Shown here: one piece after another, positions 50,246-64,000 of the stretch
Layout of the letters: the number at the start of each line of letters is the position of its first letter
Position numbering within the stretch: position 1 is the stretch's first letter
Origin: the human T2T-CHM13v2.0 reference genome, Homo sapiens
DNA: 64,000 nucleotides
Assembly (NCBI RefSeq): GCF_009914755.1
Contig: NC_060930.1
Direction: 5' to 3' (one strand)
Position numbers and translations under genes: made by a program
Notes under the pieces: model-generated
Seen by the model: only the letters and a program-made list of their open reading frames with translations
The model's database searches: none
What the model was told of the DNA's origin: nothing

Positions 50246-51807
50246 GTTACCTACTTTACTTTTTTTTCTATAAATGAAAGTCAATTTTTGACATACCTTC
50301 AACTGTACATTATTGTTGAAGAAATATATACTTATAACTATATTAATTTCATATTTGATCTTTTAACTTTAGGGAAAAAATCTTTGCCATTCCTTAAATG
50401 GCAATGTTCTGAATTTCATGAGGAAAGTCTTACATACCAGAAAAAGATGTTGAGAATCATCAAAAACAATCTTTCAGTGTAGAACTGGATAAAAGTAGAC
50501 AAGTACAAGTTACAGGCCTTTTAAAGTCACCCAGTTACTGGTGAAAATAGATCACACAGCTCCCAGTCTCCATATTTTTCTACTATAGCACAGAGCGACT
50601 CCTAGCTAGCAGCCAAGGATTTTATATCATTAAAATATTTTTTTACTATTTTCTTATGCTAAAAAATGTTTAAAGTCAGGATAATATAAGTAAACAGATC
50701 ACAAAAAATAGTTTACTCCACTGAAACTGTATTCTTCAAAGTCCTAAGACATATTCTTAATCAGACTGTTGATAATTGCACTGTTATTTGCACTATATTT
50801 TTGTACCATTTTGAGATAAGCACAGCAATGACAGGTGGGTAAATACCTCAGTCTGTGGAAAGATTAGAATTTTCTTTAGAATTCTGCTTATCCAAGCAGA
50901 GGAAATTTTTCGGAAGACAACTTGTGCATTTGCTATTTCTCAATGGTAGTTTTCACAAGTTGCATTGTACATGTTCAGGTAGCTATCAAAGAGAAGTATA
51001 ATTTAATTCTAATTAAATTGCTGTTTATCTTAAAGCTAATCATTTCTTGATAGGTGTTTCTGTCTCTTTTCTCCTCCATTTCTTTACCTTGATTCTGTTC
51101 TTTTAGAAGACTCATGGTAAACACATTTGGAATCTTCAAATAGCTGACATGAAGGAGAACTTTACTCTTCTACCCTAAAGGGTATAACTAAGATGAGCTG
51201 GCTAAAGTTGCAATTAAATATATATCATGTAAAAAAAAAAGGAAAATCTTTAAACAGAGCTATGATATGATACAATTGGCTGCTGTAAAAGATCTTCAGG
51301 GATAGTCACTGGTGATATTGCAAGCATTAGAACATTGCGGGAAGGGCTGGCTTTGCTATATATAGACTTCAAGCAATGAATGGATTAGATCAAATGGACC
51401 TTAGAGTCTTTTCCATCCTAAAAATTCATGGTTCTATGAACTCAATTGTAAGTAATCTCATGGGGCTAATTATTCCCCTCAACTATCACAAGTCTCATTC
51501 CTTCACACGCTTGACACTCTTTGCATTTAATATGCTGTGGAATTGATTTAATTAACATACATTTAGAAGACACAGAGATGAAACACAGAGATCAGTCAAA
51601 GCTCGTACATGTCGAGTTAGATACCGTGTTTAGGTCAGAATCTTTCGTTGCTACTCATTTATTAGTATGAAATCATGTATTTTTTACTATTTGGGTAAGA
51701 GTAAAAAATTGTCCTGCAATCATAAAAGAAATTTTTTAACAGTCATATTAGTCCTTGGGATTCTTTTTTAAAGGGCTAAAAATACATAGTACACCATGAA
51801 ATAATCA

Positions 51808-52008
<201 letters not shown>

Positions 52009-52059
52009 TTAATGACAATATAATAAGGGCTAAAATTGTATTCCTATTGAAAGCATTAA

Positions 52060-52310
52060 AACCCAATATTTATATGGTGTTTACCATGTGCCAGGCATTA
52101 TTCCACAAAGTATACATATAAGCCATTCACATATATCAATCGTTTAACCCTACAAAAATCCCATGGGATAGGTACTATTATTACTTCTATTTTGTAGATG
52201 AGGAAACTGAGTCTCAGAGAGGTCAAGGTCACACAGCTAATGAGTAGACACTGCTGGGCTAAGAGGCCTGGCAATCTGGCTCTAAATTTTGTTCCCTTAA
52301 CTTCTGCACT
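52060..52310 (-). mobile_element. MIR
   Basis: attttgtagatgaggaaactgag...aaggtcacacagcta core. Similar MIRs lie near 1400-1550, 15790-16000, 19090-19320 and 52640-52860. Confidence 0.8.
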
Positions 52311-53625
52311 ACTCTGTGGTAAAAAATGTTCTATTGCATTTTATCACATGTAGAGAAATTTCACAAATTTCCTTTACTTCAGCAAAACTATGAGGTAGAT
52401 GTTTCCATTATAATCTATGTTAAAGAATGAAAAATTGAAGTTTTTACAAGTAGTGGGTTGGGCTTGAATTTCAATCTTATAGCTTGAATTCCAGTTGCTT
52501 AATCTTAGGAAAGTTTTAGTCCTTGAGATTATTATTTTTTGAATGACTGTGCATTTTTGCCTCATATTTTGAGATTATCCTGGAAATTCTAGGGTTTGGA
52601 AGAAAAGTGGAGCAGACTGGTGTAGAGGCTTAGGACACAGGTTGTGATTTTGGACTGAGTGGAGAGTCAGCCTGGCACCTATTAGCTGTTTTCCAGGCCT
52701 GGGCACTTAACCTCTGTAAAAGGTGTAGCTTCTGCACCTATAAAATGGTGCCTTAATAATCCCTACATTGTAGGATTTTTTTTCCCTTGAGAATTAAATG
52801 AAATAATAATGTATGTAACAGTGTTTGCCACAGTGCTTAGTACATACTAAGCACTCGACAAAAGTTAAGAAAAAAAGTAATACGTCTTTCATAAAATGTT
52901 TACACATAGCTTTCTTTAAAACAAAGATTACACGTGATCTTTAAATCCCAATGAAGTTAATGCAATGAACGTATACTTATTTGGTTGTGCAAGGAGATTA
53001 AGTTAATGTCTAGTTTGCATTGTCAATGAATCTGCCTACAGTCAAACTGAACTGGAGACCACACCTGTCTAGAAAATGCACTTCAAGGTTGAGATTTTTC
53101 CACTGGAAGAAATTCTGAAGGAACAATTGCACTTTAAAAAAATGAGATTATTTCATTTACCTCACACCAAACAGGCTGCAAGTTGGTTATCTGTTTTTTT
53201 TTTCCCCCTCAGGGAGTCACCTAAGTGGCAAGTGCAGAAAGGAAGAAGTCCTGGAAGAAGGAAGTGGAGTGGACACTTGCTGAAAGAAATCTTAACTCTA
53301 GTATCTTCCCAGTGCAGTTCCTATTTTGGGTTTCAACTCCCCCAGAGGAGTCCTTTTAGTGCAGCTCCTGACTGCCCGATTCCACCGGACTTCTCTCAGT
53401 AGACAGACTGAAGGGCAGATCAAAGGCTAGAGCCTGCGCTCTGCCACGCCCTTGCTTCTGCCCAGAAGGGAGCCTTCTTCTCATCACCTCTTGAAGAGCC
53501 ACCTTTGCTCCCAGGAGAGCACACTTAGCTCGTTTGCTGCCAGGCCCTCCACACACTCTGCACTCTTTAGAGCCACCTGCCAGTTCTCTCCCTTCTGAGA
53601 CCCTAGTATTTTGTGGTTAGCGCTA

Positions 53626-54063
<438 letters not shown>

Positions 54064-54352
54064 TCAGCTTTAATTGCCCTCTCTCTCCACGAGACAGGAG
54101 TGACAAGGAGCTGAGTACAGAAGAGGAAACTGGGGGAAAAAGGCCCACTTTAGGCCCTCTCTCGTTCTCTTACTCTACCTCTCTCCAGGAAGAAGTGTGA
54201 CAAACCATTATAATTAGAGAAACGGAGGCCCAGATTTGAATTTAAATGAAAACCTCGCGTTACTGAGAGCAGATTCAAATTCAGACAAGGCCTAGGAAAC
54301 CCCCTCCCTCCTTTCTTGTTCTCCTCCCTCTTCAAGGCTCCCTAACAGGTTA

Positions 54353-55628
<1,276 letters not shown>

Positions 55629-55730
55629 CTGGGACAGAAACAAAAGGAGAGAAGAAGACAACATGTCTGAATTTTTGCAGAGCAAAGGGTGATATTGCTC
55701 CATTTGGATGGCGCTTAATAGAAGCTTTGA

Positions 55731-55781
55731 CTTTAGGAATAGGATGCAGGGCTGTCTTTAGGAATAGGATGGAGGGCTGTC
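55731..55781 (+). repeat. Tandem duplication, 2 x 25 bp
   Basis: ctttaggaataggatg(c/g)agggctgt occurs twice. Confidence 0.93.
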
Positions 55782-57599
55782 AATTCTCATTTTGCCCAGG
55801 GTGGCGCTGTCTCCATCTCACTCCACCTCAGCAAAATGACGGATCTGAAAGCAGCTGAACCTTACATTCTCATGGTAGCAGGCTTTGGAAAGGGTGAGAT
55901 ACAGAGTCAGACAGGAATTGATGGAAAGGGAGATATAAAAGAAAAGAGGATAAAGTGGAAAAGAAGCTTCAGAAAGAAAAGATATCCATATATTAGAGTT
56001 GTCAACTCTGCTTTTACAACTTTGGCTTTCCTTACCATCAAATCCATATGTAAAGCCTAGTTTACTGGAGAAAGTTTTCATTTAATTAGTATTCCCAAGT
56101 TCAATTAGAGGAAAAGGGTTATGATGTAGGGTTCCTAGAGAATATTTTCTACGGATAAATGACACTTTCCCCAGGCAGCTCCAACCCTTAATGTTGTTTT
56201 TGGGAAAATGCACCCAACTTCCTTTATAATAGAACTAAAAGAAAATATAAATAATGAATGCCTTTAAATCAATCTCAGTTTCAAGAAAATAATAGCATTA
56301 AGAATTGTCTATATGGGTTAGTTATTAGCAACCCAAAAACGTATTTTTTCCCTTTTGGGAAATAATTTTTAAAATACATTTGGAAAAGTTGTGGTCAGTT
56401 CTGCAGTTTCCTAAGTTTCTGGTGATGAATTTTCCTATGCTTACCCAGTTTTGTAGTCTTATGAATCACTTTAGTTTTAAGTGTAATTGCTAGATAGAAA
56501 ATATTTTCATTCTTAGCCATCTTCTTACATCGCATATCATAGGCAAAAGTTGTACTTTTTAAAGTGCCCATTTCCTCCTATATAGCAATTCTGAGACAGA
56601 ACCCAGAAGGCTGGTGCATCTTCCCTCATGGTGGTAAGATCAATTTCCAGTATGTGTATTTCCAAGATAAATCCGTCACTAGCTTCTTTAATCTGAAAAA
56701 TAGCAAGTTACTGCCTCATGGGTTCCTCTCCCTAGGGATCCAGGCAGCTAGTCAATTAGTTGCCTTTTCCTTAAAATTATTTCTGTCTAAAGCACTGAAA
56801 GGGGCATGACTAGGCATAAATTTCTCCTTTAAAAATATTTGTTCTATACAGAGAGCAGATTACTTTACTGCCAGTTATTTTACTTGCATTATTCTTGTTA
56901 ACATCTATTGTTAGCATCACAACTTAGCATGCAGTAATTCCTCATTTTATAAAGAAATATTACCGAAGGGTTCCTAATCCACCTCCCTTTCTGTTTCTGG
57001 CATCTCCTTCCAACTCACTTTGAAATATAAAGGTGAACAAAGAAGACATCGGGGGAAAATTGCCCACCAACTTGTTTTCTACATCTTCTCTCCCAGTCGC
57101 GATACTACTAGAATGTCTGGCCTAGTTTATCATCATGGGTGGCACTAACATGGGCTATCTAACTAACTTATATTGCCAATGCAAACTTATTTTTGTTTTT
57201 AATCAGGCAGAATAATTCCAGAGCTGAGAAGCCAATGTTTAAACTCAGCCCTCAGACAGCATTAACCCAGGCGAAAGCTTGTGTTCCAGTAACTGGGCTC
57301 CACAATCAAAGGTATCCGGCTGCTGTCACGTGGTTCCCACAAAGTGACAAGATGCTGCATCTCTTCAAGGCTTTCCCGGTGAAAATTATCACCCAACCAA
57401 CCCCTGCACGGCTTAGACCAACACTTTTAATCTCAAGTTTTATCCGCCTGCTAACCCACCCCATCATTCATCCCCAACCCTTTAGAAATCCAGAACTTGC
57501 TCACTTCTCAGCAGAGGCGAGGTTTCCAAGTAGCTGAACAAATCAACAGCACTTTCCTTCTGATATTCCGGGGATCTCAGGGTTTATTATTGTGCCTTT

Positions 57600-58460
57600 C
57601 TGCGCCGAGGAAAGTTCAACTTCATATTATTGTATGCGACTTTCCGGCTGAGCATGACTTTGGGCTCGCTCGCCGCAGTTCCACACCCACTCGATTTCTC
57701 CAAACAATGGCGGTAACGTCAAGATTCAGCTGCCCCCAGAGCGGGTGACTTCCCGGCGGTCCGCGGCTGGGCTGGAGCTGCAGCTCTCAGCAGGCTAACA
57801 CGCGAGGTACCAAGCTGGGCCAGACGCTCCCCAGGAAGTGCAGAGATGTTCATGAGCTGACCTCACCGAACTGGGCAGGAGAGAAGGCGGGATTGCAAGG
57901 GACGATAGGGTAGAAGTAACCAAAGAGAGGTTACTTTCAAGAGGAAAGAGAAGAAGGCGGGGAGGGGGACGGGGGACGGGGGTGGGGAGTGGCGGGATAA
58001 AGAGACAAAAAGGCCAGAGCCACGCCCGAGATGGAAGATTGGCAGCAGCGCTCAAACTCCTTGCTCTATTCTCTTATCCCGTACTTGGCAGAGGATCCCA
58101 AAACCGCTCGAACACGGATGCACTGGTTTCCTGCAAAGCTTTGTCCTGGGTTCGGTCATTCTCCATCAATTATTTACTTGAGCTTCTTTTCCAAGGAGGC
58201 GGACTAGAACAGCCTTCCGGGCGTGACTAACATCTCCTGATGCAGCTGGCTGGCGGCTGCTGGGAGTTCTCTTTGTTCACTCACTTTAATTCTCAGTCGA
58301 GCTCTACACGCGGTGCTCCCTCCCCACCCCCAGCCCGGGCGGAGTCATCAGATGTCGTTTCCACGAATAGATAATGGTTGCCATGATGGGACCCACCGTC
58401 CCACAGACAAAGGGTTCTTGCGAAGCCACGACTAATTTAGTGCAAACCGAAATAAATATC
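57600..58460 (-). promoter_or_regulatory. SOGA3: CpG-rich promoter / non-coding first-exon region of SOGA3
   Basis: Local CpG enrichment about 2 kb upstream of the start-codon exon. GC box GGGCGG 58337-58342, RFX-like half site GTTGCCATG 58377-58385 and G-tracts 57959-57987. Candidate minus-strand donors at 58285 (AAA|GTGAGT), 57867 (TCG|GTGAGG) and 57505 (GAA|GTGAGC); the TSS cannot be resolved. Confidence 0.7.
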
Positions 58461-61400
58461 GGCCCACAGAGATCCTTTACAGAACGGTTTGCCTTCAGTA
58501 CGTTTTCCTGTTTTCTACTGAGTGCCGGTTTCTACCGTGAAAATGAGTAATTGCTGGGATCCATAATCTTTATAGTAGTGCATGCGAACAATAACAGAAA
58601 CCAGGAAGAATACATTATATCAGCCTAAAAGGGAATTCATTTAAAAAGAGGAGTTCAGAATATACATGTCTTTACAATTTACACTAACCCATACTGTTTC
58701 ACAGTAATAATATTTTTAAAAATTAAGTGGAATTTTCTCTTTTTCTTTTCAGTTTCTTCTTTCAGTGGTGGGCGGGGGGCATGGGAGCCTCCCTTCTACC
58801 TCTAAGAATTCCTTTGTGAGCTTGAGTATGAGAATAAAAGTAAGTACTGCTTTTGAAAGGGCATTTTAAAATTTAATTTGTCTTACATTTATATGGTGAT
58901 TTTGTAAGTAAAAGGAAGAAGATATCTTGAAATAATAATAGCTTTTTGTGCCAACATGAATTTTGGCTCAAGAGATTCAATTTTCCAAGTGTTGATCTTG
59001 CATTAAAAGTGAAATAAAAACAATTTAGGAGTAGTTTGCATAAAAGCAATTATTACAGCAAAATAAAAACATGCTCAAGCTCTGGTTATTCTTATCTTTA
59101 GAGACACATAAAACAAATATGATATCACGATAAAATCATTCATGTTCCAAAATAGGTATTAAAAGCCAATTTTGAGCCTGGCACTGTCCAAGGTACTGGG
59201 ATGCAAAGCTGAATCAAGAAATTGTCCCTGTGCTGGGGACACTCAAGCATACTGGTGAAAACTGAGATAATTTCCTTATTTTCTTTCAAATACCTTTGGG
59301 AACAGGAAAAGTGACATCTGTGACATTTATAATAAAAAGCCCACACCTCGACTAGCATACCAAAAATAAAGGAAAAAAAAAAAAGCAAGTGAAAATGTAA
59401 TCACAAGTTGGTTTGAATTTATATTAGGCAATTTCTTATTATGTACCCAAACTTGAGCTGTAATATCCTCAAGAAATATCAAGATGCACATGTCTCATCC
59501 AATCAAAATGGATAAAGTAGATACAAATATTTTTCAGCTCAATCTTTACCAATAAAATATTGATACTGTAAACACAGTCTAAAGACACAGAATATGCATA
59601 GTCCTGCTTCTCTAAGAATTTTTACTCTGCTCAGGCATCTATGTTTTGATTTTTTTTCCGAAAGCGGTATCATTTATTTCGTGCAAATAGTAACTTTAAA
59701 AAGTAAAATAAATATTAAGAATGGATTATTATGTATCCTTAAATCAAACAATGTGTCTAAATGTTTCATTTTATAATTTAGTATTATGCAATTTCAAGGT
59801 TGAAAACTGTAATAATACAGAATAAGTATAAGCAACATTTAACATGCTTGTTTACCCATAAGTATGCCATAAGAAAAATAACTTCTGAATTGGATATTTT
59901 CCTGATTTATTCCTTTATTTGCTGGTTAAAATTATATTGCTTCAACTAAGCAAAACTTAAAAATGATTATTCAAAGGCTTTTTTTCCAAGATTTAGAAAG
60001 ATTTCAGCATTATTTTTACTGTGTTTCAGAAGCAGACAGGCCAATCAGCCTTCTAATGTTTGCTTATAATAATGAGTTATCCACTTCATAGCACAGCAAA
60101 ATGTGGACCTTCGATCAAGGGAAGAAGGCTAAAGTCTCAACTTGGAAACCCTTAAGAAATACGTAGTTTAAAATTTCCAACCTCCTATTCTCACGACTTT
60201 ACATCACAATATCTTAATTTATATAGCTTTATATTTTGCAAGGCCCTTTCATTTTGTGTGCTCAAAACAAAGCGTGTGAAGTAGATACTATCTTCTCCAC
60301 CAAACACAGAATAACTGAGTTTCAGAGATGTTAAGTGACTTCCTCTAGTTAAATTTCAGAATCACAACTTAAACTTGGTTCCTCTTCTCCATCAATTGTG
60401 CTTACTATATTGGCCTTAAGTGCCTCACCTCCTTTTCATAGCATGATGTAAAACTCTGCATCTCAAAGCCAGATTTTGCACCTGTATCCTAGTTCAATCT
60501 TTTCACCAATGCATAGAATATCTACATTTGGAGATAACACTATCACCTCAAACTCATGTAATTTTTTTCTTTTTTCCAACTCTTATCTATTTCTATTTAT
60601 CTTTTAGTAAAGAAAAACAATATATTCTGTATCTATTTTTCTTTTAGTGAAACTATCATGTCATATACTTTCCCACTAAACATGGGCTTCTTCATTGCTT
60701 TGTCTTTTCCCTTCACTTCTATAATCATATTTTCTTTCAAAATGTCTTATATTCATCATTTCTTCTTTATCTCCTTTGCAATCAACTACCAAAATGCAGA
60801 TCCTCATAATTCTAGTTTAGACTGTTACAAATGCTTCCTCTGTTAATGATAGATTTTTTTCTCTCAGATCCGCACTGCTTAATGCTGCCTGTTTACACCT
60901 TTATTAAACAACACTTTCCTCATGTCATTCTGTTTACAGTCATGTCTACATTGTTACATCGCATCCAGACTCTTCTTCCTAGACCGCAAGTAAGTGTACT
61001 GTCCCCATTCTATAAGATGTACTCTCTAATACATCACTCTGTCCTCGTCAGACTTACTGTCTCTTTTTCTCATGAACATGCAGGCTTATTCTGCTTCTGT
61101 ACCTTTCTTCTTTCCAGTCCCCATACTTGGTATTTCCCTCTTCCTCTCTAGCCTGAAATCTGCTCATATTTTCAGGTTTAGCTTAAGTTTCAAATCTTTC
61201 TGTCTCATGAACTTAGGCAAGTTATTTAAACTTTCAGAGCCCCAGTTTTTTTCACTTACTTCTTCACTTGTTTATTCATACATGTATGATATATTGTTGA
61301 CTTTTTGTCATTAATAATACCTAGTTTATGTGATTATTATTATGAAATAGTGAAGTTAATTTTTATCACAGTGCATGAAACACAGTAATCATAACTAATG

Positions 61401-63444
61401 TTAAGTGATGATTACCATGTGCTTGGCATTGTAGGCTATCAGTATGAATTAACTATTATTGTTGTTATTATTATCATTAATTTAACCAAATTCTACCATT
61501 TCTGAATTTCTACAAAACTATGTCACACTATTTTAAAATACTTGGTTAGTCTTGGCTTATGTTATAATTTTTCATCCAGAGAGTAAATATTTTAAGATAA
61601 TATTTCTGTTTTTCTCATTATCTCCAGCAGAGAATTGGATACATAGAAGCTAGGCAATACAAATTGATTAGTAGAGTCATAACTGAGAAAAGCTGATGTG
61701 TTTGGGTTCATCTTGTTTTTGGAGAGTAACTTAGCTTGGAGATGTGCCATTGTCCTGACCTTTATTAACATATGTATGCAGTCACACACTGTATTTGTTC
61801 TCTGGATGACACTTTAGATAATCATTAATGAATCGTAGAGTCCTTGAGGTGTAAACATCATGATTCATCTTTTTATCTCTAGGCAGGGTGACCAAACTGT
61901 ATTATACATTGGGATTAGCCTAATTTCAGCCATCTCAATAAAGGCTATTCTACAATCTCTCTGAGTACATGTACACATGTTATAACTTAACTTTATGAGC
62001 AATAACTTACAGTTTAATTCATATATTGGAAGAAGGATGTTTTGTGAATGACAGAAATTGCTATTTTATCATGGCTGCCTTAGTTACTCATGCCTTTACT
62101 GTTGAGTATATTTGCAGTTAGGCTTTGAATAGACTTCTATTCAAGACTATTGAGTAGTCTTGAGTAACTTTACATCTGTAAGTACTCTTGGTAATTCAAC
62201 CCAATGTCTAGCCACTCATTATAGCCAACATATTGTTGGATTCCTGATTTCAATCTAAACCCATTCTCATTCTAGTCTTAACCTTAGTGAAAACTTTTAA
62301 CAACTCTGGTACTTATTATATAAATGCATTATACATATTTAGAATCACCATTAAAGTTCCCCTAATATCTCTACTTTAATAACTCAGAGTCATTAAATTG
62401 TCTCTATCTGCATTTTAATAATCCTTTATCTTAGCTATTGTGGATCATCTTGCTAGTTTCAGAATTCATCACTAATTATTATGCCTTAAAATGAGCACAG
62501 TAGACCAAGTTTCATTAGCCAGACCGAAAAGGATGGCATCCTAAGTTACAAACTTTACATTTCTAGCTCCCCTCTTCCCCTATGCTGTCTGAAAAAAAGT
62601 CAAATAGTCCTCTGCATAGACATAATCTAAGAAAGATCCTAGTAACTGTAAATGGATCTGACAGATATTTATATTATTATATACTGAATATCTGTTAAGC
62701 AAACTTCAAATGTAAGGTCTTGATATTCAGTTGATCCAGTTATGAAAATGTAAGCAAACTGCCACTTATATGTTATACTTTAATATCTTGCTTTTCTTGT
62801 TATTGTTCTTAGATATCAGTAGGATTTAAATTCAATTTGTAGTCATTAAAGTTTTGGATATTGTAATATGCTATGCAAATTCAGAGTACTTTCTTCTGAC
62901 AGGATGCTAGATTGCTTTGACTTGATTCATTCTTCACCCAGTGATATTTATTATACATGAGTAATTTTTAGGGTCCTTCAAGGAAATACATAGCACATTC
63001 AATGTAAAATAATTTGAAAAAGGTTTATTTACAAAGGGACTACTTACAAGATGTGGATCAGATGTCGGAGAAACCACAATGGAGAGTTCAATAAACTGGA
63101 GTTAAGTACCAGGATGGTGCTATCACCACACTTATGCAGAAAAGAGGATACTATTGACAATGGGATTAAAAAGATGAGAGAACAGAGTGGTCACTGTACC
63201 CAGAAAAAGATGTGCAGAGCATGCTACTTTGAGAAGAGTGATTTCCTATTGGATGACATAGCTAGCCCAAGATTATCTTGCTGTGAGGGATTCAGTGTTA
63301 CAATTATCATTACTGCAATTTTCATCCCTGTCTCTGGTGTCCTGCTGGTGCTGTCCATTGCTTGGTCCCTTGAAGTCCAGAAGGCTATAGAACCAACTGA
63401 TGTGGCCCATAAAGGCCACCTCCTGGTTTGAGATTAGATCTTAA

Positions 63445-63838
<394 letters not shown>

Positions 63839-64000
63839 TTCAAACTCATTTTTATATATGGTGGTGATCTAAAAATTTCAGTAAAAGCATGTATGTTGAG
63901 TTATTTCTTATAATTCTGGTAATGAATTTTCTATGTGGGTATTTTCATTGGAACTGCACATTAATCAATTGGAGAATTACAATTTTATGGTATTAAATTT

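Noticed and set aside
56030-58290. Exact first-exon boundaries and extra 5' UTR exons
   Set aside because: Several plausible minus-strand donors (56036, ~56445, 57505, 57867, 58285) cannot be ranked without transcript data.
63051-63431. 126-aa plus-strand ORF with a hydrophobic stretch
   Set aside because: No recognisable homology, splice context or promoter; probably chance or old LTR-derived.

Overview
Human (primate) genomic DNA. It holds essentially the whole SOGA3 (MTCL3) gene on the minus strand, recognised from the protein sequence; from memory it lies at 6q22.33 with KIAA0408 just downstream (left of position 1). I rebuilt six coding exons by hand from GT-AG boundaries: 55540-54440, 53973-53749, 51975-51817, 21911-21840, 15395-14220 and 12318-12208. 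They give a 947-aa protein with a Gly/Ala/Pro/Gln-rich N-terminus, a long coiled coil and a 36-aa hydrophobic tail. All five coding introns are phase 0. There are three CpG islands (promoter, first two coding exons, and an intragenic one on the large penultimate exon). The rest is intronic or flanking DNA rich in Alu, L1, L2, MIR and LTR elements, plus a near-full-length Tigger1 nested in MER2. The most interesting unexplained signal is in the 5' UTR. A strong-Kozak uORF ([11 protein letters not shown]) starts with an N-myristoylation consensus and contains a phase-0 CTG|GTAGGT donor. Using that donor would splice it in frame onto the coiled-coil exons, predicting a 588-aa isoform anchored to membrane at both ends. 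Other points of interest: tandem alternative splice sites on the large exon, a post-stop donor (NMD or read-through), a possible infinite-ORF circRNA, an exonic non-canonical RE1-like site and several locally templated duplications. Repeat subfamily names come from remembered consensus motifs, and repeat boundaries are approximate unless TSDs are given.
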